This document shows positions 48,465-57,984 of a stretch of DNA of 64,000 nt, one piece after another. This DNA comes from Parcubacteria group bacterium. GTDB taxonomy: Bacteria; Patescibacteriota; Minisyncoccia; UBA6257; Colwellbacteraceae. The position numbers and the translations under genes were made by a program. The notes beneath the pieces are model-generated. The model made no database searches and had not been told where the DNA came from. It was given only the letters and a program-made list of their open reading frames with translations. The DNA lies in the NCBI GenBank assembly GCA_041649615.1, contig JBAZMT010000004.1:691-64690 (forward strand), written 5' to 3'. Position 1 is the stretch's first letter. The number at the start of each line of letters is the position of its first letter.

Positions 48465-49412
48465 CTAAAGAGAAGAGGGATCAAATGAGGGAGGAAAAGT
48501 AACAGCTTCAAAGACAGTGTTTGTGAAATTAGCATTCGTAAAGTTAGCGCCTGCAAAAACAGCACCTTCAAAAACTAAGCTTTCGAAGCTAGCACCTGTA
48601 AGATTGGTATTTGTAAAGTAGGTCCCTTTAAAAGTATTTCTTCCAAATTTAGCGCCAGTAAAGTCAATACCTCTAAGATCGGTTCCTCTGAGCAATACAG
48701 CACACTCTTCAGGTATAGATGAAGAACCACTTCCTCCTCCATTTTCTGGTACTTGAGCAGCGGACGCAGAGATAATTCGCGGGAATATATCAAATATTGA
48801 TGAGATGATCATATCTCCACTAACACCCGTAAGAGTAGCAGTTGAGAGATCGACTCCTTTAAAAACAACACTTGTAAATTTAGTGTTTGATAAATTGGCG
48901 TTTGTAAAGTTAGCACCTGATAAGTCCGCTTCCGTAAAACTGGTATTTGTAAATTTAGTACCTGAGAAAATGGCCCCATCAAACTCGTAACCAGTTAAAT
49001 CAGCTCCAGCTAGACTAGTACACTGTGCTGGGGGAGGAGGAAGGTTTGGAAGAATAACGTCTGGAATGGTTCCGGGTCTATCGGTAGTAGGATTGAGATT
49101 TGTACCTTCAAGGCTAGTTTCTTGTACCTTTAATACATTCGGATTGATTACGTTCAATAAAATGGCTCCGAGGGCGATTATTCCTAATCCTTTTGCGGCC
49201 GCCCAAATCCACGCGCGAGCTTCTTTTTCTCTCGTATCATTCCCACCGGCAGTGGAGTGCATAATACCTGCGAAAATTATAGTGCCTAACGCAAGAATTG
49301 CTGCAAGGCCGAGACCGACGTTAAAAATATTTACGATACCACCGGGTATAAAGCTACTTATAGCGCCGACTATGCCCGTTGGTGCTTCTTCTGCTAACGC
49401 AAGAGGAATCAT
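48465..49412 (-). CDS. Pilin-like N-terminus fused to pentapeptide repeats
   Basis: FAGIMHSTAGGNDTREKEARAWIWAA..INPNVL, then ADLTG/ADLSG/ANFTN/ANLSN repeats in two blocks. Confidence 0.85.
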   Translation of the reverse strand: MIPLALAEEAPTGIVGAISSFIPGGIVNIFNVGLGLAAILALGTIIFAGIMHSTAGGNDTREKEARAWIWAAAKGLGIIALGAILLNVINPNVLKVQETSLEGTNLNPTTDRPGTIPDVILPNLPPPPAQCTSLAGADLTGYEFDGAIFSGTKFTNTSFTEADLSGANFTNANLSNTKFTSVVFKGVDLSTATLTGVSGDMIISSIFDIFPRIISASAAQVPENGGGSGSSSIPEECAVLLRGTDLRGIDFTGAKFGRNTFKGTYFTNTNLTGASFESLVFEGAVFAGANFTNANFTNTVFEAVTFPPSFDPSSL

Positions 49413-49428
49413 ATGCTTAATTATACTT

Positions 49429-50568
49429 TTACTTGTTGTTAATACACCAGGTCATTCTTCGGTACTTCATAAAGTGACCTATTTCCGAAGACCTGACGCC
49501 TCTTCCCGCCGGGTCATTGATATACACTCTGTTCTTACTCTCGTCTATACCTTTGACTACAATGTAATGTCCTCCCAATGTAAAAATCGGAGTGCGATCA
49601 CGGGGGGTATTTTTCAACAGTTCCACTTCTTCGGCGGTTGGCGCTTTCATAAGAGCGATTACAATTCCGCCGTTTCTTAAACAGCTAGCAAGACTTCTCT
49701 GGGTGTTTGATATACCGGCGGATTTAAGTCCGTATAGCTTAGGTATGCCGATCATAGCGGCCCAAGCGGTTCCGTGATTGCAGGGTCTCCATTTATTCGC
49801 GACAATCGCATTACCCACGGTTTCTACGGCTGTTGTAGGAGTCATATACCTGTTACCGGTGAAATAGAGCATTACCATGGCGAGAGACGTCGCTCCACAA
49901 CCAGAGCTACCATAAGTTCCCGAGCAATTCGCACCGTATTTTTTACCTCCCCACGGACTGCTACCTTGCTTCAAAAGAGGAACTTCGGAATATGCGGGAG
50001 CTCCCGTGACTAAAGGCGCGCCTCCACCCCCCAAACCTGCGGAAGATAACACTTGCCACTTTGAGGTATCAGTGGGGAGAACACCAGTATTTGCTTCAAG
50101 AGCTATGTAAGAAACATTTTTATAAGCGACTTCGTCTCCTGGTAGATATGCGGTGGAAGAAGAGTATGTTCCTCTCCAACGAGCACCGGAAGGAAAAGCG
50201 GTCGGCGGAATATACCCAACGACTGGTTGAACGTTTGTCTCGGGAACGGCAAGCTCTACGAATTCCAAGTCAACGTCTTCAATAGTCGTGGCTTTTGGGT
50301 TAACTACCGAAACTATTATGAATCCGAAAGCGATAACGGCGAGTCCTTTTGCGGCCGCCCAAATCCACGCGCGAGCTTCTTTTTGCCGAGATTCATTATC
50401 TCCGGCGGTGGAATACAAAATTCCCGCAAATATTATGGTGCCCAATGCCAAAATGGCACCTATACCCAAACCGATAAAGAAAATATTGGCAATGCCGCCC
50501 GGTAAAATATCGTTAATAACGGAAACAAGACCGGGATCTTCAGCCAATGCAACCTGAATAAAACTCAT
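49429..50568 (-). CDS. Pilin-like N-terminus plus CBM5/12-like module plus C39-like cysteine peptidase
   Basis: Same pilin head; WRGTYSSSTAYLPGDEVAYKNVSYIALEAN..W; SGCGATSLAM, GGHYIVV, INDPA. Confidence 0.82.
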   Translation of the reverse strand: MSFIQVALAEDPGLVSVINDILPGGIANIFFIGLGIGAILALGTIIFAGILYSTAGDNESRQKEARAWIWAAAKGLAVIAFGFIIVSVVNPKATTIEDVDLEFVELAVPETNVQPVVGYIPPTAFPSGARWRGTYSSSTAYLPGDEVAYKNVSYIALEANTGVLPTDTSKWQVLSSAGLGGGGAPLVTGAPAYSEVPLLKQGSSPWGGKKYGANCSGTYGSSGCGATSLAMVMLYFTGNRYMTPTTAVETVGNAIVANKWRPCNHGTAWAAMIGIPKLYGLKSAGISNTQRSLASCLRNGGIVIALMKAPTAEEVELLKNTPRDRTPIFTLGGHYIVVKGIDESKNRVYINDPAGRGVRSSEIGHFMKYRRMTWCINNK

Positions 50569-50576
50569 GTACTGAA

Positions 50577-52949
50577 TTATAACACTCCTCCCGAATTTTC
50601 TTCAGTCCCAGAATCCGCTTCGGCAATAATTCTCTGCGATAAAAGTTCTTCCGGGTTTGTGGTTATGATCTGATTTTCAAAAGCGGACGGAACGATCTGG
50701 ATGGCAATGTGTTTCTGTCCGACAAGGATGAGTCCTTGTCCTATATCTACGTCCACAAGATAATTCTTTTCAACTTCGGTTAAGCTAAACGCTCGCGCCA
50801 CAACGTCAATCGTGGCCGGAGATTGCTTGAGCAGAAGCTGGAGCGAAGAGTTCGTAATAACGGGACGGCCGTAAGGAGAACTCAAGAAGTCTTCCACGTC
50901 TTGGGTAATGGTCGTAATGCCAAGATAATATTTTCTGGCTCTTCTTACGAGGTTAAACAAGAAAGAGGCCGAGTCGGGATATTTCATCAAGAGCCAGGCT
51001 TCGTCTACGACCATGATTCGGCGTTTGAGTTTTGAACGGACGATATTCCAGACGTGGTTCAAGACGATATACATGGCAATTGGTCTCAACTCTTCTTCCA
51101 AATCGCGGATGGAAAAAACAATGACTCTGCTTCGGATATTTATATTCGTGGGGCGGTTGGTAAAACCGGCATAGCTGCCCTTGGTAAAGCGGTAAAGTCT
51201 TTCCGCCAACTCTTTTCCTCCTTCCATGTTTCGGAGAATGTTTTCCAAATCTTCCAATAAAGGGGGGGTCGCTTTGCCAAAATCTCTTCCTGGAGAAATA
51301 TCGTGAGAGGCATACGTTTCGTTTATGGCGCGGTCTAGGATCCCTTCTTCGGCGGGCGTAACGATTCCCACCATAAGTTTTACGAGGCCGGTAAGGCTCG
51401 CGATGTGGGATTGAAGCACCTCGGATTCGTTTTCGCCTTCGGGAACGATGGGAATTTCAAAGGGATTAATACTATCTTTAGACGTGAGAGATATCTTAAA
51501 CGTTGTTCCGCCAACCGCGTCGGCGAGCGACTGATATTCGTTCTCCGGATCAAGAATGAGAACGTCCGTTCCAAGCATGATCGATCTCAACAATTCCAGT
51601 TTTGCCGCATAAGATTTACCGGAACCGGATTTGGCGAAGATAACGGAATTGTTATTTTCAAGATCAAAGCGGTCAAATATAACAAGCGTATTGTTGTGAA
51701 GATTTAATCCGTACATTATTCCTTCATCGGTCGTTAGATCGGGCGAAATGAAAGGAAAGAAAGCCGAAGCGGGACTGGAATTCATGGCGGAAGAAATATC
51801 CATTATGTTTCGGCCGAGAGGACAAACCGAACGCCAAAGCCTGACTTGCTCAAACATAGGGGTTTTCACCGTAACGAGCGATCGCTCCAAAGTAGAGGTA
51901 ATTCTGTATTCAAGTTTCTTTAATTCTTCCAGAGAATCGGTGTAAATTGAACAATAAAAACTCACGGAGAAAAGTTTTTCTCTGGTTTGCTGGAGAGTAT
52001 CGCGAAGATTTTCCGCGTCTGCAAGAGCGGTTTCAAGAGCGGGATCTCTTATTAATCCTTTTTCTTGCCGTTCTATCATAGAGGCGGAAATGGAGGCGAC
52101 TTTTCTCGTAAGGTTTTTAAGGGCGATGCTCGTGTCGACGGGGGAAATGTGAATGGATATATCCATTAATTCCGGAAGATTGATAATCGGTTCGAGCCAA
52201 CCGGAAGAAAGATAACGCGGGTAATTCAAAACAAATAAACTTTTGACGAATTTGTCGTTGATCTTCAGATAATCGGGTTTTATCTCAATAAGTTTGGAGG
52301 AAACCGGATCCCCTTCGGGGATGGGTTCTTTTTCCGTGGTTTTTGGGTTGTAAAAATTGGCGCAGAGTTCTCTCAGTTCCGCATCATTCAGGGTCACGGC
52401 GCGGAGCCCGATGTGGCGCAATCCTTGAAGAACTTGTTCCGTCCGGAAATTGAGTTTTTCCATATGCTGCATAAGCTCTTCAACGGACATATTGGCAATT
52501 CTTTCCTCTTCTTCCCGGTGTTTTTTGCCGATGCCCGGCAGGACGGTCGGTTCAAAAGGGACGGTAACGAAAAAGCTCTTTTCAACGACGGCGTTTTCGG
52601 AAATAAAATTTTCAATGAATTTGACGTATTCGGAGAGCTGATTTTTGATAAGAGGATTTTCCTCCGTTTCCATCCGACTCTTTATGTTCTCTATGTATTC
52701 TTTGATAGCCAGGCGGCGCGAGTGAACGCTTAACTGAATGGCAAAATCAAGGGAATTAAGGAGATTCTGGAAAGCGGTAATTATGGAGTTCTGTTCTTCC
52801 TCGGATTTTAAATCCATATTAATTCCGGCGACCATAATCACTTTTCTCATGCCTCCCCTTTTAAGAAAGACGGCATCGTTTCTGATTTCCCTTACGTCCG
52901 ACAAGCTTTCGGTTGAACCAAAGGAAGTTTTAGATGGAGATTTTGGCAT
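50577..52949 (-). CDS. VirB4/TraC-like ATPase
   Basis: AKSGSGKS, ILDPENEY, VVDEAW, RRARKY, ITQDVEDF. Confidence 0.9.
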   Translation of the reverse strand: MPKSPSKTSFGSTESLSDVREIRNDAVFLKRGGMRKVIMVAGINMDLKSEEEQNSIITAFQNLLNSLDFAIQLSVHSRRLAIKEYIENIKSRMETEENPLIKNQLSEYVKFIENFISENAVVEKSFFVTVPFEPTVLPGIGKKHREEEERIANMSVEELMQHMEKLNFRTEQVLQGLRHIGLRAVTLNDAELRELCANFYNPKTTEKEPIPEGDPVSSKLIEIKPDYLKINDKFVKSLFVLNYPRYLSSGWLEPIINLPELMDISIHISPVDTSIALKNLTRKVASISASMIERQEKGLIRDPALETALADAENLRDTLQQTREKLFSVSFYCSIYTDSLEELKKLEYRITSTLERSLVTVKTPMFEQVRLWRSVCPLGRNIMDISSAMNSSPASAFFPFISPDLTTDEGIMYGLNLHNNTLVIFDRFDLENNNSVIFAKSGSGKSYAAKLELLRSIMLGTDVLILDPENEYQSLADAVGGTTFKISLTSKDSINPFEIPIVPEGENESEVLQSHIASLTGLVKLMVGIVTPAEEGILDRAINETYASHDISPGRDFGKATPPLLEDLENILRNMEGGKELAERLYRFTKGSYAGFTNRPTNINIRSRVIVFSIRDLEEELRPIAMYIVLNHVWNIVRSKLKRRIMVVDEAWLLMKYPDSASFLFNLVRRARKYYLGITTITQDVEDFLSSPYGRPVITNSSLQLLLKQSPATIDVVARAFSLTEVEKNYLVDVDIGQGLILVGQKHIAIQIVPSAFENQIITTNPEELLSQRIIAEADSGTEENSGGVL

Positions 52950-52957
52950 AATATGTG

Positions 52958-53644
52958 TTATCTGTAATCAACCCTTCTTGCAGCTATCGTTTCACCGGTC
53001 GGCTTTTCTATGAGTTCATATCCTTTTGGTAATCTGGCAGAAGTCTGCTGCAAAGTCTCTTCCCTAAAAGGAATGGGCAAGGAAGTGGTAGTCATCTTAT
53101 TGAATAAGTTCTGGAGCCGAGACTTCTTTTTTTCCGGAGCCAACTCGCCGATTGGCGGGGGAGCGGGTTCAACCAAGGGGCTTACAAATACAGCGGGAGA
53201 AGGAGGTTCCATTATAGGAGGAGAGACGGGCTCAACCGGGATCATAACCGGAGGAATTTCGGTTGGGGCTTCCGGCGAGACGGGCGGCATAGCGGGAAAA
53301 CTTCCAGCTGATGGGATAGTAGCGATAGGTACTTCAGGGGAAATTGTTTCTCGAACTCTTTCTCCAATAACTTTCAATTTTAGGGCGAGAGTCTTGGGCT
53401 CCCAGAGATAACTGAAAGCTGCCGATATAAAGATAGGCATGGGGCGGCCGTTAACTTTGACGAGAGCAATAATAAGAGAACTTCCGACAAGGATGGCGGA
53501 GACGATAAGCCAAAACCAGGTTGTGAGAACGGTGAATAAAAGGAAAGATATGACAATGGCCGCTCCGACATATACAAACTGAATAAGAGTAAAAGGACCG
53601 ACAAGCTTACTCTCCGTTTCAAACTGCGGAACCTGAAACTGCAT
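52958..53644 (-). CDS. PrgI/VirB3-like membrane protein with Pro-rich tail
   Basis: MQFQVPQF..KLVGPFTLIQF, two TMs, KVNGRP; adjacent to VirB4. Confidence 0.85.
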   Translation of the reverse strand: MQFQVPQFETESKLVGPFTLIQFVYVGAAIVISFLLFTVLTTWFWLIVSAILVGSSLIIALVKVNGRPMPIFISAAFSYLWEPKTLALKLKVIGERVRETISPEVPIATIPSAGSFPAMPPVSPEAPTEIPPVMIPVEPVSPPIMEPPSPAVFVSPLVEPAPPPIGELAPEKKKSRLQNLFNKMTTTSLPIPFREETLQQTSARLPKGYELIEKPTGETIAARRVDYR

Positions 53645-53674
53645 ATATTTGATTTTAAGTAAGCCGAGAGTGGC

Positions 53675-54370
53675 TTACAAGGGCAAGTCTTTTAAATTTA
53701 GAACGTTTTCGGGGTTAACTTTTTTCGCTTTTTCTTCCGGATTAAATTCAAGACTGGCAAATGACGTCTTTTGTTGCGTTTCCGGGCTTCCTGAATAAAA
53801 CATCGGTCGCAAGGGAATTTCTCCTTGAACATTGCTTGCGGATACTTGTTCGGGAAGTTTCTCTTCGTGAATGACAAAAGGAGTGGGAGTGGCGGGTTCA
53901 CCGAGATTAGGGACAACGGGATTCATTTCGATAGGAACAGCGGGTGAAGCTTGCGCCTCCGCTAAGGCTCCTGGTGAAGTAATATTTTCAGGCACTTCTT
54001 CAGAAGAAACGGTCAAAGCAGGGTTGAAAGGAGCAATATTCTCGTCTATTGGAGCGATAACTGAAATATCAATACCGGATTCGGCGAGAGGCGCTCTTAT
54101 TGGAGTAAGGGTGGCGTTCACAAGTCTACCGACAACGGCTTCGTTTTGTTTATCCTGCGGGAGAGAAGAAAGTAATTTATTTCTGAATTCTTCGGACGGG
54201 ATATTTTTGAGAATCAGGTCAAAAATAGTATTGATTAAGGGAGCAGAGCTTTGAATATTAAATTCCTCCTGAACGGATACGATTGAGTCAATAAAACCGT
54301 CCGAATCCATCCATTGCTGAATTGTAGGATTTAATTCTTTAAAATTCATTTTTTCATGAATGTTTACCAA
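53675..54370 (-). CDS. Hypothetical protein (helical N-terminus, Pro-rich tail)
   Basis: Open 231-aa frame inside the cluster. Confidence 0.6.
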   Translation of the reverse strand: MVNIHEKMNFKELNPTIQQWMDSDGFIDSIVSVQEEFNIQSSAPLINTIFDLILKNIPSEEFRNKLLSSLPQDKQNEAVVGRLVNATLTPIRAPLAESGIDISVIAPIDENIAPFNPALTVSSEEVPENITSPGALAEAQASPAVPIEMNPVVPNLGEPATPTPFVIHEEKLPEQVSASNVQGEIPLRPMFYSGSPETQQKTSFASLEFNPEEKAKKVNPENVLNLKDLPL

Positions 54371-56553
54371 TCACCTTTGCCTATGTGGTAATTGACTTTA
54401 GCGTCAACACGACGATACTCACGTGTTTCATCAGCCGTTAAATGTGTTCCACCAACACCAAGTGTTCTAAGGCTAAGAGCGGCAAGTGCATTATTAATAT
54501 CTGTTTTTTCAGTGGCTGATCCTTCTTCTTTTATTTTATTGATGTCAGTGACCGAGAGAAGAAGAGCACTATCGGTCTTAGGCGTTACTCCGGAAAGATC
54601 ATCTAAAATTCTCTCTCTAACTTTATCTGCGTGTGTATGAAGTAGTTTGTTAACTTTTGTTAAGTCAGAAGCGTTAAGGGCAGACGTACCACTTAAATGA
54701 TCTAGTTTTACTTGTTTCATTGCATCTAAAACATTATTAACCACTGCCTCCGTACCATTCTCCATTATTTTAGCAACATTCTTTAGTCCGAGTTTCATTA
54801 CCATTGCCGGATCTTTAGCTATTTCGGCTCCGATATGCTGTGCATATACCTTAAATGTTTCGGAGTCCATATTTTCTGCATCTTTGTCAGAGATACCAAG
54901 AACACCAGAGGATTCTCCAAGAAGGGTGCTTGATAAGACCGTTCCTTTAACGACTCCTTTTCTAATTTCTTCGTCAGTTTTGGTTTTAATTGTCGGTTTA
55001 ACACCTACCTGGCTTAACAATGATCTAGCTCCTTTGCCTACTCCGCTTTCTGCGGGATTAAACCTAAGTCCTCTTGAAAGTCCGCTAAAAGCCGCAGCTG
55101 CGCCTTTATTTCCTTTTGCTGCAGCTGTCTTAGAAGCCATTTCGGCCATCATTTGACCTCTTTTGGCTAGGTTCTGGGCTTTACCGACTAAGAATCCGAC
55201 TCCGCCGGAAACTCCGGCCATTACCAGATTTCCGGCAACACCGCTGAATTTAGCCGTGAGAAATAACCCCATGGCGCTTATGATGATGGTAGCAATAAGC
55301 TGACCGATTGTGACAAGCCAACCGGCTTGAGTGGTGGAAACTGCGCCGGCAGAGCTAAGGTATTGTGAAGTAAAGGCAAGGAACAGAACTATAACGGGGC
55401 CAAAAAACACCCACTTGAGGAATTCTTTCCACCATCTCTCCCAGGCTAATTTCTTTAGAGGAGGAAATACGAATCCGAGCCAAATGAGAGGTGAAAAGGT
55501 GAGGAGGAGCATAAGAATAACGAATCTGATGATAAGGAAAATAGCCATAGCAAAGAAAGTAAGGGCGGCAACTACACTAATGGCAATACTTGCGTAATAG
55601 AAAAGAACGTTAGAGAGCAAGAAATTAATAAGATTGATAAAAGGCTGAATAAACAAGAGAGCTACTGCTAAAAGAGGACTTGCGATGTTTCTGGCTGCTT
55701 CTGCAGCGGTTCCACCACCAGGTATTCCGGTAATCTGGTTCGAAGCACCACCTATCTGATTCTGTATTTCACCACTGTCAACAATAGTGTTTATATCCGG
55801 GGATGAACCACTAATCACATTGCTTTGCATGAATATATTGTGTAAATGCCAGACGGTAAAATAGGTACTCATAGCGCCTGGGCAGGGAGCGGAAGCGTTA
55901 AACATTCTTTCGGTTAATGTTGTTCCTAGGCCCACAATTCCACTTGTGGCAGGAATGGTTAAATTCACCAAAGCAACGGCAACTACAAGTTTAAGAAGGA
56001 GCTTATTAACGGAAAACTCTTCTCGGCGAAGAATGGTAGCGATACCTATAACGATAATAGCCAATATGAGTCCAAGGTTTGTAATCTGAAGGATAACTTT
56101 ACCTCCATAGGTTACTAAAGGATTATTAACATTGAGGGAAAAATTTAGCGCTAGAGCCGCATTAATTAGTCCTCCGGCTAAAAGATTGAAGGCGGAAGCG
56201 ACAAGCGCTCCAATCATCGTGGTTAAGAGAAAATTTCTTATAGCTTCTATGGCTTGATCAATGGGCTCAAATATTCCACCCGGAGCGAGACTTATGCCAA
56301 AAGTAGCGGCCTCAATGCCAAATTCAAAATTCTCAAGAAAGCTTACGATAAAATCAAGACCGATAATTCCACCAAGAACAGCACTATTTGCCTGCCAAAT
56401 AGGCGATTGAAAGAAATTTATAGCGTCTGAAAATTGGGTAGTAAATATATTAGCGCATTCAGTGTTTATTGCCGGATCATCCGCTTTAGCGGTCGGCACA
56501 ATAGCCCAAATAAACATCAGGAGCAAAACAACGCTTACAACTTTGCGGAACAT
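54364..56553 (-). CDS. VirB6/TrbL-like polytopic membrane protein
   Basis: Signal peptide, many TMs, RFVILMLLLTFSPL..WERWWKEFLKWVFFGP, long helical C-terminal tail. Confidence 0.75.
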   Translation of the reverse strand: MFRKVVSVVLLLMFIWAIVPTAKADDPAINTECANIFTTQFSDAINFFQSPIWQANSAVLGGIIGLDFIVSFLENFEFGIEAATFGISLAPGGIFEPIDQAIEAIRNFLLTTMIGALVASAFNLLAGGLINAALALNFSLNVNNPLVTYGGKVILQITNLGLILAIIVIGIATILRREEFSVNKLLLKLVVAVALVNLTIPATSGIVGLGTTLTERMFNASAPCPGAMSTYFTVWHLHNIFMQSNVISGSSPDINTIVDSGEIQNQIGGASNQITGIPGGGTAAEAARNIASPLLAVALLFIQPFINLINFLLSNVLFYYASIAISVVAALTFFAMAIFLIIRFVILMLLLTFSPLIWLGFVFPPLKKLAWERWWKEFLKWVFFGPVIVLFLAFTSQYLSSAGAVSTTQAGWLVTIGQLIATIIISAMGLFLTAKFSGVAGNLVMAGVSGGVGFLVGKAQNLAKRGQMMAEMASKTAAAKGNKGAAAAFSGLSRGLRFNPAESGVGKGARSLLSQVGVKPTIKTKTDEEIRKGVVKGTVLSSTLLGESSGVLGISDKDAENMDSETFKVYAQHIGAEIAKDPAMVMKLGLKNVAKIMENGTEAVVNNVLDAMKQVKLDHLSGTSALNASDLTKVNKLLHTHADKVRERILDDLSGVTPKTDSALLLSVTDINKIKEEGSATEKTDINNALAALSLRTLGVGGTHLTADETREYRRVDAKVNYHIGKGDW

Positions 56554-56581
56554 GAGTATACCTAAATAATAGCAGATTCTC

Positions 56582-57334
56582 TTACAGTTTTTTAGAAATA
56601 CAAAAAATATCTCCGGATGAAAGATTCTGAGGACGAATACTTGAAGGTAAATTACAGGAATTAAAAATTTTTTCTGCTTCGGACTTTGGAATATTAAAGA
56701 AATCAGAGAAATTATTTATGGCCTTTTTTCGGGGATGGAGGAATAAGGCATGAACGACGGTAGAATACGCCTTTTCGGCCATATATTCGTTTCGATCAAG
56801 CGAGACAACAGCGGAGTCAACTTTAGGTTTGGGATAAAAATCATTTTTTGGGACGGTAAATAGGTAATTGGGGGTTGCCCATCCGCGAATTACGGAAGAT
56901 AAAAGGTTGGCTTTTCCAAGGGTCGCACAGATGCGCTCGGCTACTTCACGCTGAACAAGAAAAACGGTTTTAGCGGGAGGAATTGACAGTTCGGAGGTGA
57001 TTCTTAACAGTTGCCCCGTGATGTAGTAAGGGATATTTCCTATGAGTTTCCAATTCTTAGGCAGCTTAATTTCTGGCAATATTTTAAGAGCGTCACCCGC
57101 AATGACTTGAACATTGCGGAATTCTTGTCGTAAAAGACCGGCTAAATTCTCATCTTTTTCTATAGTAATGAGTTTTTGAGGGTTTTTGGCGACTAAAAAG
57201 CTAGTCAGCTCGCCATGACCCGGGCCGATTTCAACTACGGTATCACCTTCTTTGATATCTAGGGCGTCAGCGATTCTTTGCAAAGCGGTATCATTTTGCA
57301 AAAAGTTCTGTCCGAGTGATTTTTTCGGCTTCAT
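56582..57334 (-). CDS. rsmA: 16S rRNA dimethyladenosine transferase
   Basis: KKSLGQNFL, EIGPGHG, GNIPYYIT, PKPKVDS. Confidence 0.96.
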   Translation of the reverse strand: MKPKKSLGQNFLQNDTALQRIADALDIKEGDTVVEIGPGHGELTSFLVAKNPQKLITIEKDENLAGLLRQEFRNVQVIAGDALKILPEIKLPKNWKLIGNIPYYITGQLLRITSELSIPPAKTVFLVQREVAERICATLGKANLLSSVIRGWATPNYLFTVPKNDFYPKPKVDSAVVSLDRNEYMAEKAYSTVVHALFLHPRKKAINNFSDFFNIPKSEAEKIFNSCNLPSSIRPQNLSSGDIFCISKKL

Positions 57335-57403
57335 ATTTATAGATTTACGTCAACTTGAAAACCATTTTGGCCGCATGATAACATCCCGGCCATTAGTACA
57401 GTA

Positions 57404-57970
57404 TTGCCAAAAATCGCATATTTTGCCATTTTAGGCGCTTTAACACTTATATCGGTGGCCGTGTTGCTGTTTATTCCGTCTCTCGGCGATTTAGTCTTGG
57501 GAGGCGAATCGGGGATTCAGGAGAATAAAATACAATTAGCAGGGATTATTTTTTCTTCGGAGAAACCGCTCGTATTAAATGAAGGTTCAATGCTTTTGGA
57601 CGCCCAGCCGATAGTGAATGAAGTAACTCAAGAAAATAAGCCAGATTTACTTGATGGAGAGAATACGCAATTTGCGGGAGAATATGGAGACGAAGACATA
57701 TTTTTCGCCGTTTGCGGAATGGAAATAAACGCCAGCTTTCCCGGTCTTATAACCGATACGGGCGAACCCGAAAAATGGAATGAAGGCAAGGGAGGGTACG
57801 TGACGATACAGAACGCTTATTCTCTTAGAAACGTCGTTTTTTCGCATTTCTCCGAAGTTAGCGTTACTCCGGGAGATTTCGTGGAATTGGGAGAATCTTT
57901 GGGAACGGCGGGTTCTTCCGGAAATGTTTTTTCCGGGAGAGCGTGCCAGGTGGGTATAGCTAACAAATAA
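57404..57970 (+). CDS. Membrane-anchored M23-peptidase-fold protein, probably inactive
   Basis: GGYVTI..FSHFSEVSVTPGDFVELGESLGTAGSSGN; HxxxD and HxH motifs absent. Confidence 0.7.
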   Translation: MPKIAYFAILGALTLISVAVLLFIPSLGDLVLGGESGIQENKIQLAGIIFSSEKPLVLNEGSMLLDAQPIVNEVTQENKPDLLDGENTQFAGEYGDEDIFFAVCGMEINASFPGLITDTGEPEKWNEGKGGYVTIQNAYSLRNVVFSHFSEVSVTPGDFVELGESLGTAGSSGNVFSGRACQVGIANK

Positions 57971-57984
57971 TTTTTTTGGATTCC

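Noticed and set aside
48465-56553. Conjugative ICE
   Set aside because: No relaxase, coupling protein, integrase or boundary repeats are visible, and the cluster is embedded among core genes.
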